Shown: piece after piece, positions 9,420 through 18,239 of the stretch
Layout of the letters: each line of letters opens with the position of its first letter
Numbering within the stretch: position 1 is the first letter of the stretch
Sequence record: PZ379075.1
Direction: 5' to 3' (one strand)
Source of the DNA: a phage
DNA: 64,000 bases
Translations under genes and position numbers: made by a program
The notes under the pieces: model-generated
Told to the model about the DNA's origin: nothing
Seen by the model: only the letters and a program-made list of their open reading frames with translations
The model's database searches: none

Positions 9420-9634
9420 ATATGAACATTGAAAAGAAGGTTGTTGACGAGGCTGTTCAGTTACGATCTCTTGAAACACATGATGTATTTGTGTGGGGAG
9501 GCAGTCTGTTTCAGAAATCTGCTTATGCTGTAGAGGGCGGGGTTCGTTGTTTTAATATCTTCAACAATGAGATGCAAATCCTTCCTAACTTCGCTCATGT
9601 TAATAAACTTATCCACCTTTCTATATATCAATAA
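9416..9634 (+). CDS. small paralogous-family protein (member 4)
   Basis: Motif THDVFVWGG; ATGA start/stop overlap. Confidence 0.5.
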   Translation: MNMNIEKKVVDEAVQLRSLETHDVFVWGGSLFQKSAYAVEGGVRCFNIFNNEMQILPNFAHVNKLIHLSIYQ

Positions 9635-9644
9635 GGGCAATTAG

Positions 9645-9863
9645 ATGGAAATTAAAGTAGTTGATTATCCTAAATATGCAAATGCAGAGGACGTTAAAGG
9701 TGGTGATGTTTTCTCTTATGATAAACGTTTCTGGCTGATGCTAGAAGATAAAACCCCTGATGGTTTGTGTAAGGCTGCTAACTTGAGCAGTGGTTCTGTT
9801 GAAGTCTTCGGTCTATCAACCACTGTTATGCCACGACCTGATCTGTGTTTATCCCAAAAGTAA
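9645..9863 (+). CDS. small paralogous-family protein (member 5)
   Basis: Motif GGDVFSYD. Confidence 0.55.
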   Translation: MEIKVVDYPKYANAEDVKGGDVFSYDKRFWLMLEDKTPDGLCKAANLSSGSVEVFGLSTTVMPRPDLCLSQK

Positions 9864-9871
9864 CACCGACT

Positions 9872-9976
9872 TATAGCCCTTGTGTTTATCAGAGGGCTAT
9901 GTGAGGGTGTTCCTCATTAACTTATTAATTCAGGCATATGCCACACCGCTAGGGAGAGCTTGCTCGAACATCCGGT
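9872..9976 (+). other. Conserved about 105-bp structured noncoding element, copy 1 (second copy 15307-15417)
   Basis: Shared blocks TATAGCC..hairpin..GGGCTATGTGAG ... GCTAGGGAGAG ... CTCGAACATCCG in both copies. Confidence 0.5.
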
Positions 9977-10374
9977 GTTAGACTAAAACCTGTTAATTTT
10001 CGAAAGACTTTCCGATATGTAGGGGTACGTATTGGTTTGGGATTCAGGAGACTTCCTAGGGGTAGGAAGTCTTCACCAGTTGGAATAAGAGATAGCTCTA
10101 GAACCTGAACTCTTAGGCAGAGAAGGTCGGCAATGAGTACGCGGTCAGAATTAGCCTCCTGACTAGGGCTATCCCTTATATCAACTGGCAATAATGCCTC
10201 CACTAACAAAGAGAGATAGGTATGAAAGTATCAACCAAACGTATGAACCGCCCTGAACGTATGGATGCAGTAGCTAATGGTGCTCTGAAACTGGAAGGCT
10301 TTTGGATTCATGCAATGTCAGCCATCCGTAACAAGCAAGGTAATTGGACGTATAACAGTTAACAAATAAAGAGA

Positions 10375-10404
10375 GGCTGCCTTCGGGCGGCCTTTGTTGT
10401 TTTA
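10375..10404 (+). terminator. rho-independent terminator
   Basis: GGCTGCC-TTCG-GGCGGCC hairpin plus TTTGTTGTTTT. Confidence 0.65.
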
Positions 10405-10447
10405 ATTAAGGGACAACTCTTACTTAAACTAACAAGAGGAAGCTAAA

Positions 10448-10624
10448 ATGTCTAAGCAAACAATCAAACATACGCAATCTGGTTACTCTTATGTCAACTC
10501 TCCTTGCTGCGGTGCTCGTATTAATCTGGTTAAGGAAGAGGTTCGTATCGTTCAGCGTGGCGCTACTGTTGTTCGTTCATGCTGTGTCTGTGGTAATGAT
10601 ATTTTTATCAAAGGTAAAGTATGA
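10448..10624 (+). CDS. small Cys4 zinc-ribbon protein (58 aa, below track cutoff)
   Basis: Translated by hand: MSKQTIKHTQSGYSYVNSPCCGARINLVKEEVRIVQRGATVVRSCCVCGNDIFIKGKV; stop overlaps next ATG. Confidence 0.4.
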   Translation: MSKQTIKHTQSGYSYVNSPCCGARINLVKEEVRIVQRGATVVRSCCVCGNDIFIKGKV

Positions 10625-10845
10625 TTATCGTTCGCTCTGAGCCTAAAGATAACACTTTTGGTAGCCTCCGTAATGGTGATGTGTTCTCTCTAGAGATAGA
10701 TGGGGATACAAAACCTCCTTTATATATGAAGGTTATGCACAGACATGCTATCTGTATAAATAATCCTGAAACAAGATTTACGTTTGACAGAAGTTGTCCT
10801 GTCAAATTTTATCAAGCTACCCTAAACGTTAGGAGAGTAGGATGA
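10621..10845 (+). CDS. small paralogous-family protein (member 6)
   Basis: Motif NGDVFSLE. Confidence 0.5.
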   Translation: MIIVRSEPKDNTFGSLRNGDVFSLEIDGDTKPPLYMKVMHRHAICINNPETRFTFDRSCPVKFYQATLNVRRVG

Positions 10846-11093
10846 AAAACTTCCAAGCTGCACCAATAACTAAAGTGATTGCAGTTAATGATGTGATGAT
10901 GGCTGTTCCTCTGAACACTCGTTATATTGCAATTGACAAGATGGGATATGTATGGGCTTGGAAGATCAAGCCTAGTTATAACGCACTGTTTGATGAGTTT
11001 GTTTGTACTGGTACTTACAGTCCTACATTCTTGGGTTTGTTTAGTGAGTTTGATGGTCAGTATAAAATCATCACACTCCCTGCTTGTGCTTGA
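10842..11093 (+). CDS. hypothetical small protein (83 aa)
   Basis: ORF coupled to preceding gene; family membership unclear. Confidence 0.4.
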   Translation: MKNFQAAPITKVIAVNDVMMAVPLNTRYIAIDKMGYVWAWKIKPSYNALFDEFVCTGTYSPTFLGLFSEFDGQYKIITLPACA

Positions 11094-11273
11094 GGTTATT
11101 ATGTTCAAGTGGTTTAAACGTTTCTTCCATCTCCATGATTGGGAGACAATAAAAGAAGTTCGTTTACACATATATAATGAGATTGGTCAAATAGAAGACA
11201 CAGGTACTCGTTATATACTTCGATGTAAAACATGTGGTCATATCACCAAGCGAGATATGATCTAAATAATTCT

Positions 11274-11349
11274 GCGCTCTTAGCTCAATGGATAGAGCAG
11301 TAGCCTTCTAAGCTATTGGTTACAGGTTCGAGTCCTGTAGGGCGCACCA
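11274..11349 (+). tRNA. tRNA-Arg (anticodon TCT)
   Basis: Hand-folded cloverleaf: acceptor GCGCTCT/AGGGCGC, D-stem GCTC/GAGC, anticodon loop CTTCTAA with TCT at 11307-11309, T-arm ACAGG-TTCGAGT-CCTGT, discriminator A, encoded CCA. Confidence 0.85.
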
Positions 11350-11489
11350 CATTTAGGGCTAGTATGGGTGCGGCACCAGAGTTAGTGTATCCCTGTTGAG
11401 GCAAGTGCTTTTATAACAGTGGGAATTACTTTCTTAGTGAGCTTCTGGTTCGATTCCAGATAGTCCACCAAATCTAATAGGAGGTAATT

Positions 11490-11789
11490 ATGAGTTGGGG
11501 TGGTGTAATATCCTTAATCTGTATCTTCCTTGTCTGCATAGCCCTTACAGGCTGCGTACAGAGCCGTCCTGATGGATGGTGTGCAGTAGCAGTGGAAGGT
11601 GTTTGTGTTTCTCGCTGGTATAAGGGTGAGAAGATTCCTTCTGGTGAAATTGATATGCGATGGAACGGAGCAACCTGTTCTAATGCTAACCCTTCTATCA
11701 ACGAAGAGAAGTCTACGCCAGACAATGTTGTGATTGATACAGCGTTGTGGTGTGGTGGCTCTGTAACAACAACCGGTAAGGAGTGGTGA
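11490..11789 (+). CDS. putative Cys-rich lipoprotein (99 aa)
   Basis: Signal peptide with lipobox LTGC (ICIFLVCIALTGCVQ); overlapping minus ORF 11474-11827 considered spurious. Confidence 0.5.
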   Translation: MSWGGVISLICIFLVCIALTGCVQSRPDGWCAVAVEGVCVSRWYKGEKIPSGEIDMRWNGATCSNANPSINEEKSTPDNVVIDTALWCGGSVTTTGKEW

Positions 11790-11790
11790 T

Positions 11791-11988
11791 ATGAATTACA
11801 CATCCACAAAGGTGTTAATTGATTCAATTAATAGCTCCTCAGAAGCTGTACAGGAGCGTTTAATACAAGATGTTAGCAATGACATTAAGTTCTTTGTTAA
11901 GAGCCGCCTGTTAGGTTCTAAGGCTTATTACAGAGCTAAAGCAGAGCTTACAAAGAGGGTGTTTCTTTTACATGGTTTGGTATATTAA
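11791..11988 (+). CDS. hypothetical small protein (65 aa)
   Basis: ORF from track. Confidence 0.35.
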   Translation: MNYTSTKVLIDSINSSSEAVQERLIQDVSNDIKFFVKSRLLGSKAYYRAKAELTKRVFLLHGLVY

Positions 11989-11997
11989 GGAACTTAT

Positions 11998-12219
11998 ATG
12001 AAACTAGACTCTAAGCAGTCACTTAAAACCGTTGAGCTGTCCACGCTGCCAAACGGAAGTATTTTTGGTCATGATAAACACTTCTGGATTAAAACAGACA
12101 TCATAGACGATGGATATATCACCTGTGTCAATCTTTGGAACGGTTCAGTGGATGGTTATCGCCCTAGCGCAAAGGTAGTCCCTCAGCCTGATGCTAAGGC
12201 TGTAGGTTTAGTTTACTAA
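11998..12219 (+). CDS. small paralogous-family protein (member 7)
   Basis: Motif NGSIFGHD. Confidence 0.5.
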   Translation: MKLDSKQSLKTVELSTLPNGSIFGHDKHFWIKTDIIDDGYITCVNLWNGSVDGYRPSAKVVPQPDAKAVGLVY

Positions 12220-12370
12220 GGAGTTCATATGAGCTGTTATGGTGGCGGTGAAGTGTGTGATGACGACGACATGGAATCCAATGGTACATGCCCTGACTGT
12301 GGGTGTGAGACATTTGATGGAGTGTCAGTATACCCTGCCTGTAGTTACTCACCAGTGATCTGTAAAACAT

Positions 12371-12628
12371 GTGGAGATCAACCTTGTGACCAGTCTTGTT
12401 AGTATGTTAATAGCCTATCTGATAGGATCAGTAGTATCAGGTGTTCTGATTAAGATTATAGATGTTAAAGGTAATCAGTGTTTCAGAGGTTGGGATGGTG
12501 AGCCAGACCTCGGAAAGATAGCAGCTATGGTTTTCTTGTGGCCTATTATTGCTGTACTATTTATAGCACTCGTATCATGGGCTGCTCTTTGGGATTTCAT
12601 CCTTCCTAACAAAAAGTATGAGGACTAA
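12371..12628 (+). CDS. small membrane protein with two predicted TM helices
   Basis: Hydrophobic segments LVSMLIAYLIGSVVSGVLI and AAMVFLWPIIAVLFIALVSWAAL; real start may be internal. Confidence 0.45.
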   Translation: MEINLVTSLVSMLIAYLIGSVVSGVLIKIIDVKGNQCFRGWDGEPDLGKIAAMVFLWPIIAVLFIALVSWAALWDFILPNKKYED

Positions 12629-12629
12629 T

Positions 12630-13293
12630 GACTGAAGAATTTTTAAAGTGGTTTGGTGATACCTTCAAAGAGTATCTATTCTCTCCAGAAGACTTTGAAG
12701 AACTGAAAACCTACACTTGGTTGGCTTGGAGAGATAGCCGACGAGAGATGAATAAGTAATATCGTGAAGGATTCTTACGAGAGTCCTTTGAGATAGGACT
12801 TCAGATCTCCTATCAAACTAACATTCATGTAACTAGCCCATAAGGGCGTTACCCTTTAATAACCCAGCCCACTAAGGGGGCGGGAGTTTAGTGCTGGATT
12901 AGCATAACGCTTATTCCTACAAAGGCAACCGATTGTTAGGTCTTACATGCAATATTAATTAATAGGATAAGGGAGGATTCGTCCCCTCCCCCTATTCATA
13001 AACTATTAGGAGAGTACATTAGCTGATTAGCTGTGGAAGGTAGGCCGATATCTACAGCGTGGCCCAGAGCTAGTGTACTCCCCAATAACTTTAGGGTAAA
13101 TGTGGAACAACCTTTTAATTACAGGTATAGCTTATGGGACTCAGTAATGCAGAGTCTACGGTAAAGCAGTCGCCCGTGGTCGAATGACCGTATGCCCATT
13201 GGATGCATTCCTTTGGTGATGGCTAGGGAGTCCGAGCGTAGGTTCGAATCCTACACCTGTAACCAAATTGAATAATAGCTAATTGGAGGATGT
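12630..13293 (+). other. ORF-poor structured region with a tRNA-like 3' module (T-arm GTAGG-TTCGAAT-CCTAC, acceptor, CCA ending at 13265)
   Basis: Canonical T-loop and CCA at 13238-13265 but no clean 76-90 nt cloverleaf found; several hairpins (e.g. GGGAGG...CCTCCC at about 12971-12995). Confidence 0.3.
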
Positions 13294-13605
13294 ATGAAAG
13301 CACGAAGAACTATATGGACTCCGATGCAGATTGAAAATCTTCGGAGACTAATCAAAGAGTACTCGGTTCAAGAAGTTGCTCAGATTATGAATGTAACGGA
13401 GAATGCAGTTAACGCAGCTTGTACTAAATTCGGAATATCAAGAGCTTCAATCCGAGTTAAATGGTCTGAAGAAGAAGACCAGTTCCTTATCCGTAATGCT
13501 GGGTTCATGTCTATTCAGAGAATGGCTGACATGCTCGGTAGAAGTTATGCTGCTGTACAGAACAGAGCATGTATGCACCTTAACATTAGCCTCAAACTTA
13601 AATAG
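13294..13605 (+). CDS. putative helix-turn-helix DNA-binding protein (103 aa)
   Basis: Two HTH-like segments (VQEVAQIMNVTENAVNAA and SIQRMADMLGRSYAAVQNRA). Confidence 0.45.
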   Translation: MKARRTIWTPMQIENLRRLIKEYSVQEVAQIMNVTENAVNAACTKFGISRASIRVKWSEEEDQFLIRNAGFMSIQRMADMLGRSYAAVQNRACMHLNISLKLK

Positions 13606-13613
13606 GAATCAAT

Positions 13614-13868
13614 ATGAAAGTTAACGAATTGAACAAAACTATCAAGACTGTGAAACTCCACACTCTGAAGAAGGGCGATACCTTCCGGCTGGAAGAGAAC
13701 GGTCCAATTCATATGGTCTGTACTGCGGCATCTACTAATTGGGTAGAAGTTGCACGAGATCGAGTCGTGTGTGTCAGACTGGAAGATGGACACTTAAGTG
13801 GCCCCGTTGAGGGCATCTCTGTTATTCCTGTTAAGGTTGAAGCTAACGTTATTAAGGATTCTAAATGA
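13614..13868 (+). CDS. small paralogous-family protein (member 8)
   Basis: Motif KGDTFRLE. Confidence 0.55.
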   Translation: MKVNELNKTIKTVKLHTLKKGDTFRLEENGPIHMVCTAASTNWVEVARDRVVCVRLEDGHLSGPVEGISVIPVKVEANVIKDSK

Positions 13869-14116
13869 AGATTACCCACAAGAAAGAAGAAGTGACCACG
13901 ATTGATCTCAACTCCCTCCCCAGCGGAGCAGTGTTTAAATTCCCTGAGAGTGCTACTCTCTATGTTAAAGGGTCTGTGTCTGAAAGTCCTAATGTAACCG
14001 TTAACTCTGATCGAACAATTACTCTTCGTCTATCCGATGGTAACGTAACAGCACCTTCTATCTGGTGCCGAGTTGTTCCTGTATCAGCAGAACTTTTGGT
14101 GGATAATACGCAATGA
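13865..14116 (+). CDS. small paralogous-family protein (member 9)
   Basis: Motif SGAVFKFP; ATGA overlap. Confidence 0.55.
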   Translation: MKITHKKEEVTTIDLNSLPSGAVFKFPESATLYVKGSVSESPNVTVNSDRTITLRLSDGNVTAPSIWCRVVPVSAELLVDNTQ

Positions 14117-14358
14117 AAATCATCCCAAAGAAAAAGGATAATACGGTACGATTGGAAACAATCATTCCCGGAAACCCTTTCGTGGTTCAGAACGGAAGTG
14201 CCTCTCCTCAGTATTACATGAGGGTTGAAAATGCTTCTGGTAACATCCGTATAGCCAGTGGTTGGGTTCCTGTGGTAAACCTTTCCACAGGTGTGTTATC
14301 TGTTAAAGGTCTTGATGATCAGGTAGAAATGATTCGTATGTCAGTGGTTCAGGAGTAG
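14113..14358 (+). CDS. small paralogous-family protein (member 10)
   Basis: Motif GNPFVVQN; ATGA overlap. Confidence 0.55.
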   Translation: MKIIPKKKDNTVRLETIIPGNPFVVQNGSASPQYYMRVENASGNIRIASGWVPVVNLSTGVLSVKGLDDQVEMIRMSVVQE

Positions 14359-14612
14359 TGCATATGAGCATTATTAACATTAAAGTTAAAGACAAAGAGG
14401 AAAAAATCCTCCGCGTCAGAGATCTAAATATGTCAGATGTGTTCACTCTCCAAGAGTGCCAAAATCAAAAGGTTTATATGATGACAGCTAAAAGCAGGGG
14501 TTGTCAACCTGCTGGAGCTGTTAACCTAGGCACTGGAGAACTACGTGTCATCTCTGGTGATATGGTTGTTGGTGAGAAGTTTATTAAGGCTGAAATCATC
14601 TTAACTTCGTAG
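14358..14612 (+). CDS. small paralogous-family protein (member 11)
   Basis: Motif MSDVFTLQ. Confidence 0.5.
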   Translation: MHMSIINIKVKDKEEKILRVRDLNMSDVFTLQECQNQKVYMMTAKSRGCQPAGAVNLGTGELRVISGDMVVGEKFIKAEIILTS

Positions 14613-14736
14613 GGAAAACAAATGAGACGTAAAGCATATTCTTATGACGATATGATTAACCAGAAAGGCTTCGGTCAACGACAGCCTGACGGTTCAATTA
14701 TCTGGTTCGTAAACGGACAGAAAAAGGTAGCTAAAT

Positions 14737-14790
14737 AAGCCCTCTTCTCTCCTCCTTTTAGTACTATGACGCCTCTCTGTGGGCGGCCCG
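14737..14790 (+). repeat. Repeated motif AGCCC..CTC..TTTTAGTACTATGACGC (second copy; first copy 6731-6775)
   Basis: 17-bp core TTTTAGTACTATGACGC identical at 6741-6757 and 14756-14772. Confidence 0.6.
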
Positions 14791-14793
14791 ATT

Positions 14794-14830
14794 TGCGTAG
14801 GGAATTCCCTCTACGCAGCCATAATTTTTT
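14794..14830 (+). terminator. hairpin with T-tract (terminator-like)
   Basis: TGCGTAG-GGAATTCCCT-CTACGCA followed by AATTTTTT. Confidence 0.5.
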
Positions 14831-14844
14831 AAGGAATTTCCCCT

Positions 14845-15078
14845 ATGTCTAAAGTAAGCGCAATCGATGCAATCCGTCAACCGTTTCAGTTCCAATCCAA
14901 ATCAACCCAAACCTTCAGCGAACCTAAGCAAATTCGCTTGGGTGGTACAGAGAAGACTGTGTTTGATCTGGCTAAAAACAAGAGCGTTACCGTAGTTGAT
15001 GGTGGCACTCTGGTTAACGTTTCTCATCGCATCCGCACTGGCAAAACTGCCAAAGATCGTGCTAAGAAAGGTGAGTGA
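14845..15078 (+). CDS. hypothetical protein (77 aa)
   Basis: ORF from track. Confidence 0.45.
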   Translation: MSKVSAIDAIRQPFQFQSKSTQTFSEPKQIRLGGTEKTVFDLAKNKSVTVVDGGTLVNVSHRIRTGKTAKDRAKKGE

Positions 15079-15293
15079 TGATAACACTTGTGTCTGTAGT
15101 TTACAGATTACACTATCGCCTAGATAAAGGAAAATCTTATAAATGCAAGAGTAAGACAGGGAATCTATGCTCTGTAGAGAACAACTCTGGTCAATGGGTG
15201 AATGTTCCTTGTTGCTGGTTCAGGAAAGATTTGACTAGCAAAGAGATTGACGAAATTCTTAGTGATGATTTTGTAAAATCAGGTGATTTTTAG
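15075..15293 (+). CDS. hypothetical protein (72 aa)
   Basis: ORF coupled to previous. Confidence 0.4.
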   Translation: MMITLVSVVYRLHYRLDKGKSYKCKSKTGNLCSVENNSGQWVNVPCCWFRKDLTSKEIDEILSDDFVKSGDF

Positions 15294-15306
15294 TTGTAGT
15301 AACGCC

Positions 15307-15417
15307 TATAGCCTTCTTCGGAGGGCTATGTGAGTTATTCTGACTCAACTAACCTAATCTTAATATATTTCCCGTATGGGGCCGATGCTAGGGAGAGGAA
15401 CATTCCTCGAACATCCG
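15307..15417 (+). other. Conserved structured noncoding element, copy 2
   Basis: Homologous to 9872-9976 (see above). Confidence 0.5.
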
Positions 15418-15683
15418 TCGGATAGATATTTTAAGAGCAGGTTATCCACAGATATTGGGTAATATCTTTTTGTATTTAAAGCTTGACTCTTTTCGGAGAG
15501 TCCTTTTTTAAATTCAACGAGAGGAAATATGTCTAAATTAGATTTAAAACTGCTAGCAGCAGCGGTAGTGATTTGTGCACTAGCACTGGTAACGCAGAGA
15601 ACATCTGGATTTATTCAGTGTTTCTTTTCTGGGCAATCCACTTATCAGTGGGTTATTGACGAGTGTAAACAACAGGAGTAAGT

Positions 15684-16046
15684 ATGAATACACGTCCCAT
15701 CAAGGGCAACGTTAATATTGAAACTCTGAACAAGGTTGCATCAAACCTCGGTGGTATGTCCAACGAAGAGCTTGAGCAAGAACTTGCTTGGATTGCAAAT
15801 GGTATCAAGGTTGCTAAAGGTAAGATTGCTCGTGAGCAAAGTAACATGAAAGCTCATAAGTATCTAATCCATCGTGCAAACGTGTTACCGGATCGGGTTG
15901 TACATCTTGCCCGTAAAAACTACGCAGAAGCAAAGAAAGCTCTGGAAGAAGCTGAGTTCCAGAAGCATCAATTTATGAACAACTATCGAAACTTCCGAGA
16001 TATTCTTTATATTCGTAAGTCGATTGAGTTGATTAAAAACCAATAG
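15684..16046 (+). CDS. hypothetical protein (120 aa), helical/charged
   Basis: ORF from track. Confidence 0.5.
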   Translation: MNTRPIKGNVNIETLNKVASNLGGMSNEELEQELAWIANGIKVAKGKIAREQSNMKAHKYLIHRANVLPDRVVHLARKNYAEAKKALEEAEFQKHQFMNNYRNFRDILYIRKSIELIKNQ

Positions 16047-16057
16047 AGGTTGGTATA

Positions 16058-17257
16058 ATGTTTCCAGTAACATTAGAAGATACTGAAGGTAATATTTTAA
16101 CAGTCAACCCTCCTTGTTATGGGTTCCTTCAGCTTCGCAACTATAACGGTGGCGTTGATGAAGACGATGAAGAGTATGATGACTACTTCGACCCTAACAT
16201 GTATGAGGCAACTCATGGATGGAATATGCACGTTCGAGTGTGGCATGAAGAAGCTAACGTTCGTAGTGCTGATGGGGAAGAGTTCCTGTTAAGCCGAGAG
16301 ATGGATATGTGTAAAATCAAGCATATCTGGAACTCTGGAACTCATATGAAGATGTTAGGTTTTAGACGTTGGCGTGATGAAAAGCATGTAGCTGAAGCTT
16401 TAAGTTGGTGTTCGTATGAAGATGAAGACACGCCCCCTAAGAACAACATCGAACGTTGGAACGACAAAAACCCTGAGCATCGAACCACACCTCGTGCTGT
16501 ACTGGAAGCTATGGAAGCATTTGTGGACAAAGATCGTCCCTCCTGTTTACGCTGGCACGATAAAGGTTTTATGGGGGTAGCAACTGAGAATATCCCTGCT
16601 GATCGTTGTCTGTTCTATTTGATGTTAGACCGAACCTTCTATTGTGAAGATGAAGAGAGTCAAGTTGAAACCTTCCTCCATAAATGGTTGGTTGAAGGCT
16701 GGACAATCCTTCAGGCTTATGTTTACTCACGAATGGTTAGCACTTACACTAACCTCTTGGGAGAAAAGAAAGCAACTCTGGTTGGTAACGATTGGGATGC
16801 TTGTATCTTCCCAGCGTCGCTATTTACAGTCGGCATGGCTGATAAATACGCTGAAGCATTTCAAGTGCCTTGGCGTCAACAGTCATATAGAGATGGATGC
16901 GGTCATTTCCGTGATGAAGACTTTAAGTGGATTCATTACGAGAATGATGAAACAGCAGAATTACGAGTTAACAACTCAATGTTCTTGCCAGTGATGCACC
17001 CCGATCTAGTAAAAGACGGGTCAGAGACACTTAAAGGTGATAATCTTTTGGTTAACTTTACCCGTCGCGTGTCTAAAAATGAGAAAACAGCTAACAGGTT
17101 AATCTACGGCATTCGTGCCGAGGCTAAAGACCTGTTCAACATCTACAACATCATTCAGCGATTTAGTAGTGGAACTCTGGACCAAAGTTCGGAGTATTCA
17201 GTGATTCCGTCCTCTGAGTGGGATGGTATTATGAGCGGATTATTTTTAGGAAAATAA
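16058..17257 (+). CDS. hypothetical acidic protein (399 aa), first gene of putative amidoligase cassette
   Basis: Long ORF; no motif recognised; linked to cassette only by position. Confidence 0.55.
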   Translation: MFPVTLEDTEGNILTVNPPCYGFLQLRNYNGGVDEDDEEYDDYFDPNMYEATHGWNMHVRVWHEEANVRSADGEEFLLSREMDMCKIKHIWNSGTHMKMLGFRRWRDEKHVAEALSWCSYEDEDTPPKNNIERWNDKNPEHRTTPRAVLEAMEAFVDKDRPSCLRWHDKGFMGVATENIPADRCLFYLMLDRTFYCEDEESQVETFLHKWLVEGWTILQAYVYSRMVSTYTNLLGEKKATLVGNDWDACIFPASLFTVGMADKYAEAFQVPWRQQSYRDGCGHFRDEDFKWIHYENDETAELRVNNSMFLPVMHPDLVKDGSETLKGDNLLVNFTRRVSKNEKTANRLIYGIRAEAKDLFNIYNIIQRFSSGTLDQSSEYSVIPSSEWDGIMSGLFLGK

Positions 17258-17267
17258 AAGGTTAGTT

Positions 17268-18239
17268 ATGTCAATCTCCACAACGATCGTACCTCTTAAT
17301 CTTCAACAGGATTTAGGGGAACAGAAGTTCTTAGGTCGTGGGTGCTTCGGTATCCACAACTACATGCAAGGTCAAGTCGTATATGATGTTAATGACGAAT
17401 GTGTAATGGAAGATGGGCGCCATAAACGCTTCAACCGTGACATTAACTTGCAATTGGAGATGTTGAATTACTGGACCCACTCTTTTCATGGTCATGTTCC
17501 ATCTGATATTGAAAAGAACTTGATTGAAACAGCAGACATTATGAATTCTATGTCTTGCTATCGTGATGTATTTACTATCACTTCAGCGAACAGTGTTGCT
17601 GTCAATCTTCGTGAGCATCCAGCAGATCAGATCTTCACAGGACTTATGCTCTTCCGTAGTATTCTGGAAGGGCAATATCGTGGAATGGATTTCCTAGCAG
17701 AAGGAATTGAAGACAGGGAAGAGTGGCTGAAGCGTAAACGCATCGGCATCGCTCTAGTGTTAGCTGGGTTGGGTCGTGACTTCTTCGGTGGGTGGTCTCA
17801 ACGAGGAAGAGCCAATGGGAGTAGCGAGAGCACCTCTATTGTTATTAACAACAATATGTCAGCAGCAGCTTTCCTTCCTTTGGTTGTAGACTCTGATGAA
17901 TATACGAAGCAAGTATGGGTTCAAAACCCCTTCGGTGTTGGCGACAATGAGAATGGTTATGTTCGTAACCACAACCAAGATGCCTTACGAAGATTTGCTC
18001 GTGCTAAAGATCAAGACCCAGACGAGTATGAAACAATGTCAGAGTGGTTAAGACTCTGGTCCAACTGTTATGGTCACAAACGTGAAGCAATAGACGACAA
18101 GTTGGGAAACATTACGGTACAAAACTTTACATCCCGACTGATTCAAAGAACTGGAGCAGATTCCGGTCTTACTCTTGAAGAAGTTGGTAACACAATCTCA
18201 TCTCTCTTTTCTGAACTAGTGGAGTATTACAATGACTAA
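17268..18239 (+). CDS. hypothetical protein (323 aa) in amidoligase cassette
   Basis: Long ORF; no motif recognised. Confidence 0.55.
   Translation: MSISTTIVPLNLQQDLGEQKFLGRGCFGIHNYMQGQVVYDVNDECVMEDGRHKRFNRDINLQLEMLNYWTHSFHGHVPSDIEKNLIETADIMNSMSCYRDVFTITSANSVAVNLREHPADQIFTGLMLFRSILEGQYRGMDFLAEGIEDREEWLKRKRIGIALVLAGLGRDFFGGWSQRGRANGSSESTSIVINNNMSAAAFLPLVVDSDEYTKQVWVQNPFGVGDNENGYVRNHNQDALRRFARAKDQDPDEYETMSEWLRLWSNCYGHKREAIDDKLGNITVQNFTSRLIQRTGADSGLTLEEVGNTISSLFSELVEYYND

Noticed and set aside
11350-11470. Second tRNA immediately after tRNA-Arg
   Set aside because: Only a T-arm (TCTGG-TTCGATT-CCAGA) and partial CCA are recognisable; no matching 5' acceptor strand within tRNA distance, so not called as a gene
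11474-11827. Minus-strand ORF overlapping the lipoprotein gene
   Set aside because: Lies antisense within a co-directional plus-strand gene block; the plus-strand ORF has signal peptide and lipobox
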